This document shows positions 26,865 to 37,256 of a DNA stretch of 64,000 nucleotides, piece by piece. The DNA is from Thermoanaerobaculia bacterium (GTDB lineage Bacteria > Acidobacteriota > Thermoanaerobaculia > Multivoradales > Multivoraceae): the NCBI GenBank assembly GCA_963666565.1, contig OY762911.1:2728476-2792475 (forward strand), read 5' to 3'. Position 1 is the stretch's first letter. Every line of letters begins with the position of its first letter. Under the pieces are notes generated by a model that ran no database searches, was not told the origin of the DNA, and saw only the letters and a program-made list of their open reading frames with translations. The translations under genes and the position numbers were made by a program.

Positions 26865-27434
26865 TTACGTCTTGCCGCGGGAAACGTACTCGCCGGTGCG
26901 GGTGTCGACCCGGATCGACTCGCCGGTCTGGATGAAGAGCGGCACCTTGACCACCGCGCCGGTTTCGAGCTTCGCCGGCTTGCTGCCGCCGCTCGAGGTG
27001 TCTCCCTTCAGCCCGGGGTCCGTCTCGACGACCTCCCGGACGACGAAGTTCGGCGCCGCGACGAGGATCGGATGGCCGTTCCAGAGCGTCACGCTGCAGA
27101 CGTCCTCCTCCTTGATCCACTGCTCGGCGCCGCCCAGGGCCGCGGCGTCGGCCTCGACCTGGTCGTAGGTGTCGGGGTTCATGAAGAACCAGTGCCCGCC
27201 GTCCGCGTAGAGGTACTGCATCGAGGTCTCGATCACGTCGGCGCCCTCGAGCAGGTCGCCCGGCTTGTAGGTCTTCTCGTTGACCCGTCCGTTCAGGAGG
27301 TTGCGCATCTTGACCCGGGTGAACGCCTGACCCTTGCCGGGCTTGATGAAGTCGCACGAGATGATGACGTTCGGCTCGCCGCTCTCGAGCACCTTGAGCC
27401 CGGTGCGGACCTGGTTCATGTTGTAGCTGGCCAT
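26865..27434 (-). CDS. efp: Elongation factor P.
   Basis: 189 aa from the ATG at 27434. Contains the [10 protein letters not shown] loop with the modifiable Lys. Confidence 0.85.
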   Translation of the reverse strand: MASYNMNQVRTGLKVLESGEPNVIISCDFIKPGKGQAFTRVKMRNLLNGRVNEKTYKPGDLLEGADVIETSMQYLYADGGHWFFMNPDTYDQVEADAAALGGAEQWIKEEDVCSVTLWNGHPILVAAPNFVVREVVETDPGLKGDTSSGGSKPAKLETGAVVKVPLFIQTGESIRVDTRTGEYVSRGKT

Positions 27435-27575
27435 CGATCCCGAACGCCCTCCGGCGACGCTGCCGTTGCCGCGAACCCTAGCAGTCGGCGCCGCGGTGAA
27501 ACTCGCGGCCTTCCTGCTCCGTTGTAAGGCGACAGGGAGGGAACACCATTCCCCGGAACCCACAGGGAGAACGCG

Positions 27576-28781
27576 ATGACCGACCAACCTTCGATCCCCG
27601 CTCCGGCTTCCAACGCTCCGATCCGCCGCCGCGGACCGCGACTCCCGCGTTGCGGCCTCGCGATCGCGACGCTGGCCGCGGCCGCGTTGCTCGCGGCGCC
27701 CGCTTCCGCCGAGTTCGACGAGAGCCACCGCTTCGACGCCCGTTCGTTGCAGGTCACCAACCTGATCGGCAAGGTGACGATCGGACAGGCGACCGGCGAC
27801 GAGTTCGAGGTCGCCGTCTCCGTGCGCGGCGCCGATGGCCTGCCGCGGAACATCGCGATCGAGCAGGAGCGCGGCTCGCGCGCCCGGCTGGACGTCGTCT
27901 TCCCGGTCGACGACGAGCGCCGTTTCGTCTACCCGGAGTTCAGCCGCCGGCGCGCCCAGCTCTGGTTCCGGGAAGGCCGCTCACGCAGCCTGCTGGGGGA
28001 GATCCTGCGGTCCGTTTCGGGCCGCCGGATCCGGGTCGAACGGAGGGGCAGCGGCATGGAAGTCTGGGCCGACGTGACGATCCTCGTGCCCGCCGGCGCG
28101 TCGCTGAAGCTCGAGCACGGCGCCGGCGACGTGGAGATCGAAGGCGTCGCGGCCGACCTCGACGTGGACGTGAAGGCCGGCGCGATGGAGGCGGCCGGGC
28201 TGGACGGCCAGGTCGGGCTCAGAGTCGGCAGCGGCCGGCTGAACGTGAGCGACGCGCGTGGCGAGCTGAATCTCGACACGGGCAGCGGCGGGGTTTCGCT
28301 GGACGGCTTCGAGGGCGGCGCGCTCGAGATCGACACGGGCAGCGGGTCCGTCGAAGTGGCGGAAGCGACCGCGGAGACCGTGGAGATCGACACGGGCAGC
28401 GGCGGCGTGAGAGTGAACGGGGCCGAGGCCGAGATGCTCGCGATCGACACGGGCAGCGGCAGCGTCCGGGTCGCCGCCGCCGCGGTCGACGCCGCGGAGA
28501 TCGACACCGGGAGCGGCAGTGTCCGTCTCGCGCTCGACCGGATGGGCGGCGGGAACTTCGACATCGACACCGGCTCGGGCGGCATCTCCGTGCTCGTTCC
28601 CGAGGACGTGTCCGCCCGGTTCGACATCGACGTCGGCTCCGGCGGCATCGAGGTCGACGTGCCGATCGCCAGAACGCTGCACAAGAGCCGGGGCGAGATG
28701 CGGTTCGTGGCCGGCGATGGCGACGCGAACGTGGTTCTGGACACCGGCTCCGGCGGCGTCCGGATCGCGACCGTGGACTGA
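27576..28781 (+). CDS. DUF4097-family repeat protein (putative adhesin-like / beta-helical) with signal peptide.
   Basis: 401 aa. At least 8 tandem units of about 19-20 aa with consensus (E/D)IDTGSG(G/S)V.V. Signal peptide [20 protein letters not shown]. Confidence 0.65.
   Translation: MTDQPSIPAPASNAPIRRRGPRLPRCGLAIATLAAAALLAAPASAEFDESHRFDARSLQVTNLIGKVTIGQATGDEFEVAVSVRGADGLPRNIAIEQERGSRARLDVVFPVDDERRFVYPEFSRRRAQLWFREGRSRSLLGEILRSVSGRRIRVERRGSGMEVWADVTILVPAGASLKLEHGAGDVEIEGVAADLDVDVKAGAMEAAGLDGQVGLRVGSGRLNVSDARGELNLDTGSGGVSLDGFEGGALEIDTGSGSVEVAEATAETVEIDTGSGGVRVNGAEAEMLAIDTGSGSVRVAAAAVDAAEIDTGSGSVRLALDRMGGGNFDIDTGSGGISVLVPEDVSARFDIDVGSGGIEVDVPIARTLHKSRGEMRFVAGDGDANVVLDTGSGGVRIATVD
28250..28770 (+). 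repeat. Intragenic tandem repeats of about 57-60 nt encoding the DTGSG units.
   Basis: atcgacacgggcagcggc, or variants of it, recurs at about 28265, 28328, 28385, 28442, 28499, 28558, 28623 and 28736. Confidence 0.7.
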
Positions 28782-28827
28782 CCGATCCGGCGCGGGCCGT
28801 CGGGCCGGGCGCCCGGCCGTGAGCCTG

Positions 28828-29307
28828 CTACGCGGGCAGGCCGGCCATCGAGCAGACGATGCGCCACTCCCGTTCCGTCACCGGCTGCACGGAGAGCCGC
28901 TGGCCCCGGCGGAGCAGGGCCATTCCCTCCAGGTCGGGCCGCTGCCGCAGTTCGGCCAGGGTGACGGGCTCGTCGAACTTCCGCTCGAACTCGATGTCCA
29001 CCAGGTACCACCGGGGGTTCTCCGGGTCCGACTTCGGGTCGTAGTGGGAGTCGTCCGGGTCGAACTGGGTCGGATCCGGGTACGACTCGCTGCACACCCG
29101 CGCCAGGCCGACCACCGCCGTCGGCTTGGCGTTCGAGTGGTAGTAGAGAACCCCGTCGCCGACCCGCATCCGGTCCCGCATCAGATTGCGGGCCTGGTAG
29201 TTCCGCACGCCGTCCCAGTACGTCTTGCCGTCGCGGGCCAGGTCGTCGATCGAGTACTCGCCCGGTTCGCTCTTCATCAGCCAGTACTGGCGGGATTCGT
29301 CCGTCAT
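28828..29307 (-). CDS. EVE-domain (PUA-like) protein.
   Basis: YWLMKSEPGEYSIDDL...WDGVRNYQARNLMR..GDGVLYYHS is typical of EVE/DUF55. Confidence 0.75.
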   Translation of the reverse strand: MTDESRQYWLMKSEPGEYSIDDLARDGKTYWDGVRNYQARNLMRDRMRVGDGVLYYHSNAKPTAVVGLARVCSESYPDPTQFDPDDSHYDPKSDPENPRWYLVDIEFERKFDEPVTLAELRQRPDLEGMALLRRGQRLSVQPVTEREWRIVCSMAGLPA

Positions 29308-29326
29308 GGGGGCCTCCTTGTCGTGG

Positions 29327-30237
29327 CTACAGGATGCTCCGTCCGAAGAGGGAGCAGAGCAGATCGAGGGCGAGCTTTGCCGTCCGGTTCCGGGTGTCGA
29401 GGATCGGATTCACTTCGACCACGTCGACCGAGCCGAGACGGCCGTGTTCGGCGATCAGCTCCATCAGCAGGTGGCCCTCGCGGTAGCTCAGGCCGCCGGG
29501 CGCCTGGGTGCCGACGCCGGGGGCCTCGCGCGGATCGATGCAGTCGAGGTCGAGCGAGACGTGGATGCGGTCGACATCGTCGAGACGCTCGAGGGCTTCG
29601 GCGGCGAGCGGCGCCAGGCCACGCTCGTCGATCTGCCGCATCGTGTAGGCGGCGACGCCGGCCGAGTGGATCAGTTCCTGCTCGCCGGGGTCGAGATCCC
29701 GCACGCCGAACAGGACGACGTCTTCGGTTCGCAGCTTGGCGCCGGGCCGGCCCACGTTGACGAGTTGCGGTGCGCCGTGGCCGCAGAGCGCGGCCAGGGG
29801 CATGCCGTGGAGGTTGCCGCTCGGCGAGGTTTCGGGCGTGTTGAAGTCGCCGTGGGCGTCGATCCACAGATCCACAGGACGCCGGTGCGCCGCTCGTGCG
29901 TGACGCCGCCGATCGTGCCGACGGCGATCGAGTGGTCGCCGCCGAGCACGAGCGGCAGGGCGCCGTCGGCCACCGCCTGCCGGCTCGCCTCGTAGATGCG
30001 CTCGCAGGCGTCGACGACGGGCGGCAGGAAGCCCAGGCCCGGTTCTTCGGCCAGCGCGTCCCGCTCGACGGTCTCGATGTTGCCCCGATCCTCGACGCGG
30101 TAGCCGAGCCGGGTCAGGGCCGACTTGAGGCCGGCGTAGCGGAGAGCGGTGGGGCCGAGGTCCACGCCGCGGCGGGACTGCCCGAGGTCCAGCGGCGCGC
30201 CGACGACGCGGATCGTGGTCCGGGCGGGGCTGGGCAT
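29327..30237 (-). pseudogene. rocF: Arginase (ureohydrolase family) disrupted by an 8-bp tandem duplication that causes a frameshift.
   Basis: The N-terminal 123 aa (MPSPARTT...GGDHS...GVLWI) read in one frame from the ATG at 30237. The C-terminal 180 aa (DLWIDAHGD...SLDLDCIDP...DVVEVNP) read in another frame, ending at 29327. The + strand has atccacag atccacag at 29862-29877. Deleting one copy restores a continuous roughly 300-aa arginase with all canonical motifs. Confidence 0.75.
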
Positions 30238-30273
30238 GGGCGGGAAGTTAGCAACTAGGATGCGAAGCCAGAA

Positions 30274-32064
30274 ATGTCCGTTCGCAACTTCTGCATCATC
30301 GCCCACATCGACCACGGCAAGTCGACGCTGGCCGACCGTCTGATCCAGCACTGCGGGGCGGTCGAGGACCGCCAGTTCCGCGACCAGATCCTCGACTCGA
30401 TGGACATCGAGCGGGAGCGGGGCATCACGATCAAGAGCAACACGGTGACCCTCCGGCACCAGGACGCCGAGGGCCGGCCCTGCCGCCTGAACCTGATCGA
30501 CACGCCGGGCCACGTCGACTTCTCGCACGAGGTGCGGCGCTCGCTCATGTCCTGCGAGGGGGCGCTGCTCCTGATCGACGCGTCGCAGGGCGTCGAGGCG
30601 CAGACGGTCGCGAACCTCTACCTGGCGCTGGAGTACGACCTGACGATCATCCCGGTGATCAACAAGATCGACCTGCCGTCGGCCGACGTGGACCGGGTGC
30701 GCGAGGAGATCGACAGCGACCTGGGGCTCGATCCGTTCGAGGCGGTGCTGTGCTCGGCGAAGACGGGCGAGGGCGTCGAGGACGTGCTCGACGCGATCGT
30801 GACCCGGTTGCCGGCGCCGGAGGAGGACTCGTCGGCCCCGCTCCGGGCGCTCGTGTTCGATGCCCAGTACGACCCCTACCGCGGCGTCGTCCTGCTGGTG
30901 CGGGTGCGCGAAGGATCGCTCCGGCCGAAGCAGAAGATCCGCCTGATGCACACGGGCAGCGAGCACGACGTGGAGGAGCTCGGCACTTTGCTGCTCAAGC
31001 GCCGGCGGAGCGAGTCGCTCGAGGCCGGCTCGGTGGGCTACGTGATCGCCGGCATCCGCAACATCTCCGAGATCGACATCGGCGACACGATCACGAGCGC
31101 CGCGGGCGGCGCGGCCGAGCCGATCCCCGGCTACCGCGAGGCCAAGCCGGTCGTCTTCTCGTCGATGTACCCGGTGTCGAGCCACGACTACGAGGACCTG
31201 ACGCGGGCGCTCGAAAAGCTCGCGTTGAACGACGCTTCGCTGACCTTCGAGAAGGACTCGTCGTCGGCGCTCGGCTTCGGCTTCCGCTGCGGGTTCCTCG
31301 GGCTCCTGCACCTGGACGTGGTGCAGGAGCGCCTGGAACGTGAGTACGGGCTGTCGCTCGTGCTCTCCGCGCCGTCGGTGCGCTACCGGGTGGAGATGTC
31401 GGACGGCGCCGAGAGGCGGATCGACAACCCGGCCGCCTACCCGGACCCGTCCGAGATCGAGAGCGTCGCCGAGCCGTACATCAAGGCGGCGATCATGTTG
31501 CCGGAGCGCTACCTCGGGGCGGTCATGGAACTCTGCCTGGAGCGCCGCGGCGGCAAGACGAACATCCACTACCTGGCGGTGGGCCGGGTCGAACTGACCT
31601 GCGAGCTGCCGCTCGCCGAGGTGCTGTTCGACTTCTACGACCGGCTGAAGACGGTGACCCAGGGCTACGGCTCGTTCGACTACGAGCTGATCGGCCTGCG
31701 GCCGACGGATCTCGTCAAGGTCGACATCCTGGTCAACGGCGAGCGGGTCGACGCGCTGTCCCAGCTCGTCCACCGCGAAAAGGCGCGCCCGCGGGCGCTC
31801 CGCTACTGCGAGCGGCTCAAGGACACGATCCCGCGCCAGCAGTTCAAGATCGCCATCCAGGGCGCCATCGGCGGCCAGATCATCGCCCGCACGACGATCG
31901 GCGCCTTCCGCAAGGACGTCACCGCCAAGTGCTACGGCGGCGACATCACCCGCAAGCGCAAGCTGCTGGAGAAGCAACGCGAGGGCAAGAAGCGGATGAA
32001 GCGCGTCGGCTCGGTGGACATCCCGCAGGAGGCGTTCGTGTCCGTGTTGCGCAGCGACGGGTAG
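30274..32064 (+). CDS. lepA: Elongation factor 4 (LepA).
   Basis: N-terminal IRNFCIIAHIDHGKSTLADRL G-domain and LepA-specific C-terminus. Confidence 0.9.
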   Translation: MSVRNFCIIAHIDHGKSTLADRLIQHCGAVEDRQFRDQILDSMDIERERGITIKSNTVTLRHQDAEGRPCRLNLIDTPGHVDFSHEVRRSLMSCEGALLLIDASQGVEAQTVANLYLALEYDLTIIPVINKIDLPSADVDRVREEIDSDLGLDPFEAVLCSAKTGEGVEDVLDAIVTRLPAPEEDSSAPLRALVFDAQYDPYRGVVLLVRVREGSLRPKQKIRLMHTGSEHDVEELGTLLLKRRRSESLEAGSVGYVIAGIRNISEIDIGDTITSAAGGAAEPIPGYREAKPVVFSSMYPVSSHDYEDLTRALEKLALNDASLTFEKDSSSALGFGFRCGFLGLLHLDVVQERLEREYGLSLVLSAPSVRYRVEMSDGAERRIDNPAAYPDPSEIESVAEPYIKAAIMLPERYLGAVMELCLERRGGKTNIHYLAVGRVELTCELPLAEVLFDFYDRLKTVTQGYGSFDYELIGLRPTDLVKVDILVNGERVDALSQLVHREKARPRALRYCERLKDTIPRQQFKIAIQGAIGGQIIARTTIGAFRKDVTAKCYGGDITRKRKLLEKQREGKKRMKRVGSVDIPQEAFVSVLRSDG

Positions 32065-32251
32065 CACCCCCGCAGCCCCGACGGGCTGGACGGCGTCGGT
32101 TGGCGGAGACGGGCGCCGACCCAAGCGGATTGCCGGGTGCGTGGCCCGGTTAGGCGGACTCGCCGGTGTAGAAAGGCGACTGTGCGAAGTGCGGCCTCCG
32201 AATCGAGCGGCGCCGACTTCGCGCACCGCGCCGCGACGCGATCCGAAGCGC

Positions 32252-34177
32252 CTACTCCGGCGTGTACCAGATCGGCGACGACCAGGCGCGTTCCTGGATC
32301 GTCGGCGCCACGTCGTGGCGGGGTTCGACGCCTTCGCGCAGGGCGTCCCAGGTGGACCAGCGGCAGGTCGGGTTCTCGAGCACGCGCACGTAGTAGAAGG
32401 CGCGCTTCGAGGCGTCGAAGTCGGGGTCGGTCCAGACCGCCTTGAGTTCATCCGCGCCGGAGTCGGCGCTGATCCCGCATGTGGCGAGGTCGACCGTGGC
32501 GCCGTTGCCGGGGCAGCGGTTGGTGGCCGGATCGACCTCGGCGCCGTCGGAGCAGGCGACGTCGTAGACCGTCTCGGCGCCCTCGCCGTCGCTGGACCAG
32601 CCCTTGACGACCTGCACGCGGTCGAGCGGCGCGGCCATCGAGTCGCGCATCGCCCAGACGGCGAAGGTCGGCGCGGCGCCGGCTTCCGCGGGCAGCAGAT
32701 CGCCGCCCATCGGCACGCCCTCGGCGTACGCCGTCGTCAGGAAGTCGGGGTCGTCCAGGTCGCCGTCCGCGAAATCGCCGGCGAAGAAGCGGACCTTCAT
32801 CCGGGGACCGGAGGTGGCGAAGGTCTCCTTGTTCCGCATGGCGTCGAAGATCGCCTCGCGGGTGTTCTCCTCGGCCCAGACGCCGGCCAGGCCGGAGGCG
32901 CCCCAGGTGTAGTAGTAGGTGTCGCGAAAGGTGCGACCCGAGCCGTCGTCGGTTCGGATCGAGGAGTCCGACTCCTGGGCCGGGTCGCCGGTGCTCTGGT
33001 TGACGCCCGTGCCGGGGACCGAGCCGCGAAGATGCGCTTCGGCGTCGAGAAGGCCGACCTTCGACCAGTAGTCGCTCTCCAGGAAGGCGCCGGCGGAGAC
33101 GTGCGTGTCGCTGGCGCCGATCAGGCCGAACTTGTACGGATTCGTCAGGCCGCCGTCGGCGAGCCGGAGGCCCCGGATGAACGCGTCGCGGACGTAGCTT
33201 CCTTCCGGTTCGCTGACGATCGTCGTCGCGATCTTGTAGGGCATGATCTCGAAGTCGGCCCACTCGTCGTTGGGAGAGAGCGCCGGGTGGGTGTCCGAGG
33301 TGCCCTTGACCTGGGTCATCTCGACGATCGGCTCGTTCCGGGTCCGCACGTCGACGTAGTCCTCGTCGAGGGGATCGCCGTAGAACTTCTCCATCTCGAA
33401 CATGCGGCCGCCGGAGCCGTTCGGGTTGTGCGGGATGGCGAGCGCGTCGATGCCCTGCGACCGCCACTCGTCCATCGCGGCCCAGAGGTCCTCGGGGTTC
33501 TGGGAGTCGATCCGGCTGAACGGCGCGTCCGGGGCTTCGGAACCGCGGAAGACCACGTTGCGGTGCAGGTTGTCCCGCTCGTAGCCGGAGGACGTGTACT
33601 CGTAGGCGATGAAGGTCGTGAAGTTGCCGGGGTCGTTGTGCGCCTCGGCCGCCTCGACGATCTTCGACCAGGCGCCCCGCACGACGTCCATGTCGAGGTG
33701 TTCGTCCTCGCCCGCGCGGGCGCCCAGGTAGGGACGCATGCCGACGAAGATGCCGCGGCGCTCGTCCGCCTCCTCGGCGGCGCGCAGGTCGGCGGCGATC
33801 GGGTGGTCGTAGGCGGCGGAACCCTCCTCGGTCATCGCGGGCAGCATGCCGAGGTACATGCCGTGGTCGGTCACGCCCTGGAAGTCGAGCGGCCGGTCGA
33901 GTTTCATGTCGAAGCCGGCGGGGTGCTCGATCGTTCCGCCCTTGGCGAACTCGTAGGCGTCGTTCGGATCGGTCGTCGTGCCGAAGATGAAGGCGTCGAA
34001 CGAGTAGCGGGTGTGGACGTGCAGGTCGCCGAAGTAGGCGTTCTTCGTCGGGTTCGGCGCCTCGGCGGTCCCGGCTGCCGGCTCGGCGCCGCCGGGGTCG
34101 CCGTCGCCAGGAGCGCAGGCGGCCATCGGGAGTACGGAGCACGCGGCCAGCGCCGCGACCGTCGTCAGCTTCTTCAT
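32252..34177 (-). CDS. DUF3604-domain lipoprotein (PHP/amidohydrolase-like metal-dependent hydrolase fold).
   Basis: Lipobox MKKLTTVAALAACSVLPMAAC. YFGDLHVHTRYSFDAF His-rich motif typical of DUF3604. Confidence 0.65.
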   Translation of the reverse strand: MKKLTTVAALAACSVLPMAACAPGDGDPGGAEPAAGTAEAPNPTKNAYFGDLHVHTRYSFDAFIFGTTTDPNDAYEFAKGGTIEHPAGFDMKLDRPLDFQGVTDHGMYLGMLPAMTEEGSAAYDHPIAADLRAAEEADERRGIFVGMRPYLGARAGEDEHLDMDVVRGAWSKIVEAAEAHNDPGNFTTFIAYEYTSSGYERDNLHRNVVFRGSEAPDAPFSRIDSQNPEDLWAAMDEWRSQGIDALAIPHNPNGSGGRMFEMEKFYGDPLDEDYVDVRTRNEPIVEMTQVKGTSDTHPALSPNDEWADFEIMPYKIATTIVSEPEGSYVRDAFIRGLRLADGGLTNPYKFGLIGASDTHVSAGAFLESDYWSKVGLLDAEAHLRGSVPGTGVNQSTGDPAQESDSSIRTDDGSGRTFRDTYYYTWGASGLAGVWAEENTREAIFDAMRNKETFATSGPRMKVRFFAGDFADGDLDDPDFLTTAYAEGVPMGGDLLPAEAGAAPTFAVWAMRDSMAAPLDRVQVVKGWSSDGEGAETVYDVACSDGAEVDPATNRCPGNGATVDLATCGISADSGADELKAVWTDPDFDASKRAFYYVRVLENPTCRWSTWDALREGVEPRHDVAPTIQERAWSSPIWYTPE

Positions 34178-34290
34178 CGGCTTCTCCTTGAGAGCGTGTC
34201 GGGTCAGTCTACTATTGGCCTCTCATGGAAGTGGTCGGCAAGAGCGGTATCGGCTTGACGGCGGGCCGGCGCGATGTTCCGGCCGCCCTG

Positions 34291-34356
34291 TCGGTGCGCC
34301 GGTCTTCCGACCCGCCGCCGAAGGCGGCGAGGACTTCGCACCGCGAAGCGGCGCCC
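34291..34356 (+). repeat. Copy D of the triple-hairpin intergenic repeat, between divergent DUF3604 genes.
   Basis: tcggtgcgccggtcttccgacccgccgccgaaggcggcgaggacttcgcaccgcgaagcggcgcc. Its 3' flank supplies GAGGAGG 6 nt upstream of the GTG start at 34371. Confidence 0.8.
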
Positions 34357-34370
34357 GAGGAGGACTCGTT

Positions 34371-36956
34371 GTGAGGAAACTGACGGACGGACTCGTTCTC
34401 GCTGTCGCGGGAGTGCTGGCGGCGGCGCCGCCGGCCATGGGCTACGAGTTGGAGCCCGCTCTCAGGGCCCGCGTCGACGGCCTGATCGCGGAGGTCGCCG
34501 AGTCCCCGACCACCGGCGCCAGCGTCGCCGAACGGATCCCGGTTCTGTGGGACTGGGCGAACGCCGTTTCGCTGCAGGGCGGGTTCGTGCCGAAGAATCT
34601 CCCGCTGGTCGCGTACTTCGTGCCGTTTCCCCGGCCCGGAGCGGAACCGGCGAGGAACCAGATCGAGGCGGTGGACGACTACGTGCGGCAGCTCGCCTGG
34701 CTGGACGAGGACCCGGGCGCGCTCGGCACGGTGACGCGAACCGGTTCCGATGTCTTCGAGGCCAGGACCTGGGCGACGATCGAGGTCGTCTACACCGTCG
34801 GTTCGCTCGGCATGAAGGAGGGCGGCGGCATCGTCGTTTCCTCGCAGGGCATGGGAGGCTACGGCCGCGCGCAGACGACGGACGCCGCCGCCGACCGGTA
34901 CGTCTCGGCGCGAGTCAGCCGGCCGGGCATCCGTCTCGAGCAGGACACGCACCCGATCTGGGGCCCCTACGGCGGCTTCCGCGGACCGGCCGGCTTTCCC
35001 ATGTTCCGCGTTCGCGGCGGAGATCTCGAAGCCGGCGACACGATCGCCCTCACCTACGGCGACACGTCGGGCGGCGGGCGCGGTCTCCGGCTCGGCCAGT
35101 TCAGCAACGACCGGATCGCGCTGCCGATTCACGTCGACCCCGGCGATGGCAGGGTCTACGAGATGCCTCCCGCGACGTTCGAGGTCGTGGGCGGCGCGGC
35201 GGAGCGGGTCCACGGCTTCGCGCCGTCGATCGTCGGCACGGGCGAACCGTTCGTCATCTCGGTGCGGGCCGAGGACCGCGCCTACAACCGGGCGACCCGG
35301 GGAATTCCGGCCCTCCATGTGCTGCTCGACGGCGAGCAGGTGGCCGAACTGCCGGCCGGGCAGGCGATCCACCTGGTCGAGCTTGTCGCCGGCGCGGAGG
35401 GCGTCCATCGCTACACCTTCCGCAGCCCGGACGGCGAGGTCACGGGCGCCGCCAATCCAGTCTGGGTGCGGGCGGACCCCGAGCAGCGCCTCTACTGGGG
35501 CGAGACGCACGGGCACTCCGGCTTCGCCGAGGGTCAGGGCACTCCGGAGGGCTACTTCGCGTTCGCCCGCGACGACGCCCGTCTCGACTTCGTCACGATG
35601 AGCGAGCACGACATCTGGTTGACGGACGGACTCTGGGAAGAGCTGAACGAGGCGGTCCGGAAGTTCCACCGGGAGGGCGAACTGCTGGTCTTCGCCGGCT
35701 ACGAGTGGACGTCGCCCCGCCAGCGCGGCGGTCACCACAACGTGTTCTTCCGAAACGTCGGCATGCAGCGGGTGGGCGTGCAGTCGGCGCCGAACCTGTC
35801 GGACCTCTATCGCGGCCTGCGCGCCGAGTACGACACGGACGACGTACTGATCATCCCGCACGCCCATCAGAACGGGGACTGGCGGCAGAACGACTTCCAG
35901 ATGGAGAACCTGATCGAGATCATGTCCGGCCACGGCACCTTCGAGTGGTTCGGCAGCCGCTACCTGGAGCAGGGCTTCCGGGTCGGCTTCGTGTCCGCGT
36001 CGGACGACCACCTGGGGCACCCGGGTTACTCGCCGGGTCACCAGGCCGGCGCTTCCGGCCGGCGGTCGAACATCTTCCAGTTCGGCGGTCTGGCGGCCGC
36101 CTGGGCGCCGGCGCGCACCACGGATGCGGTGTTCGGCGCGCTCAAATCCCGGCACGCCTACGCGACGACCGGCGCACAGCGGATCGTGCTCGACGCTCGC
36201 CTGAACGGAGAGCCGATGGGCAGCGAACTGGACCTGACCGACCGCCGGGCGCTCGAGGGACGGGCGATCGGCACGGGGCCGATCCGGCGGGTCGACCTGA
36301 TCCGCAGCGGCGAAGTCGCGGCGACGTTCGACACGCGCGGCGCCGGCGGGGCGGCGCTGCCGGAGGGCCAGTTCGAGGCCCTGGTCAGCTTCTTCTCGGA
36401 AACCTGGGTCGACATCCGGGACAACCCGCGCGGGCAGCGGCCGTGGCGGGGCAGCGTGACGGTGGAAGGGGCGAAGCTGGTTGGCGGCCGTCTGACCGGC
36501 CCGCCGCTGCCGTCGGATCGCTTCGCGGTCGACGGCAACGCGGCCAGCTTCGACTTCACGACCCGGGGCTCGCGGCGTTCCTTTGCGCTGGTGCTGGAGG
36601 GCGATCCGGCGGCGGTGCGGCTCGACCTCGAAATCGAGGCCGCCGTCGAATACGGCACGGCGCCGACCCAGGTGCGCACCCCGCAGCGGTTCGCCGCCGC
36701 CGAGTTCACGCTGGCGCTGCCGGCGGCGCCGGGCACGTCGGCGGGCGCCCGCGGCGGCAACGAGCACGTCTTCCACGAAGGCGACTACCGCGACAGCGTC
36801 CGCGCCGACTTCATCGAGGGACTCCGCGACGACGTGACCTTCCGCTTCACCGACTTCGGCGAAGAGGAGGACTGGTACTACCTCCGCGTCGAGCAGATCG
36901 ACGGCCACCTCGCCTGGTCGAGCCCCTGGTGGGTCGGCGGCGAGAAGCCGCGCTAG
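34371..36956 (+). CDS. DUF3604-domain protein of about 861 aa with signal peptide and an N-terminal extension.
   Basis: WGETHGHSGFAEG...TMSEHD and PHAHQNGDW His-rich motifs related to the upstream DUF3604 gene. GTG start with SD. It is the real part of the 922-aa track ORF. Confidence 0.6.
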   Translation: MRKLTDGLVLAVAGVLAAAPPAMGYELEPALRARVDGLIAEVAESPTTGASVAERIPVLWDWANAVSLQGGFVPKNLPLVAYFVPFPRPGAEPARNQIEAVDDYVRQLAWLDEDPGALGTVTRTGSDVFEARTWATIEVVYTVGSLGMKEGGGIVVSSQGMGGYGRAQTTDAAADRYVSARVSRPGIRLEQDTHPIWGPYGGFRGPAGFPMFRVRGGDLEAGDTIALTYGDTSGGGRGLRLGQFSNDRIALPIHVDPGDGRVYEMPPATFEVVGGAAERVHGFAPSIVGTGEPFVISVRAEDRAYNRATRGIPALHVLLDGEQVAELPAGQAIHLVELVAGAEGVHRYTFRSPDGEVTGAANPVWVRADPEQRLYWGETHGHSGFAEGQGTPEGYFAFARDDARLDFVTMSEHDIWLTDGLWEELNEAVRKFHREGELLVFAGYEWTSPRQRGGHHNVFFRNVGMQRVGVQSAPNLSDLYRGLRAEYDTDDVLIIPHAHQNGDWRQNDFQMENLIEIMSGHGTFEWFGSRYLEQGFRVGFVSASDDHLGHPGYSPGHQAGASGRRSNIFQFGGLAAAWAPARTTDAVFGALKSRHAYATTGAQRIVLDARLNGEPMGSELDLTDRRALEGRAIGTGPIRRVDLIRSGEVAATFDTRGAGGAALPEGQFEALVSFFSETWVDIRDNPRGQRPWRGSVTVEGAKLVGGRLTGPPLPSDRFAVDGNAASFDFTTRGSRRSFALVLEGDPAAVRLDLEIEAAVEYGTAPTQVRTPQRFAAAEFTLALPAAPGTSAGARGGNEHVFHEGDYRDSVRADFIEGLRDDVTFRFTDFGEEEDWYYLRVEQIDGHLAWSSPWWVGGEKPR

Positions 36957-37256
36957 CGCTGGAGGTGGCACCCGCCGGCCCGGGGCCTGAGGGGGAGGGC
37001 CCAGCGGACGTTCGCGCTTTCGGAGTTTGGGGGACGACTGCGCTCACTCCGCTTCACTCGCTCCGGTCGGGCGTCGGTTGGGGGAATGACGTCGGGCGTC
37101 GCTCGTTCAGAGGCCGCTGGGACCCTCCGCCTCAGACCCCGGACCGGCTGCACGTCGTCAGCCCCGGACCGGCTGGACGTCGTCGGGCGGTCGGACCGAA
37201 CGCCGGCTGGCACGAACGAGAGGACGGAGGTGCTGGTGGGCGATTTGGGACGTTCC

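Noticed and set aside
29671-32451. 926-aa minus-strand ORF.
   Set aside because: Apart from its last 188 codons (the arginase N-terminal fragment), it is antisense to lepA, whose identity is unambiguous.
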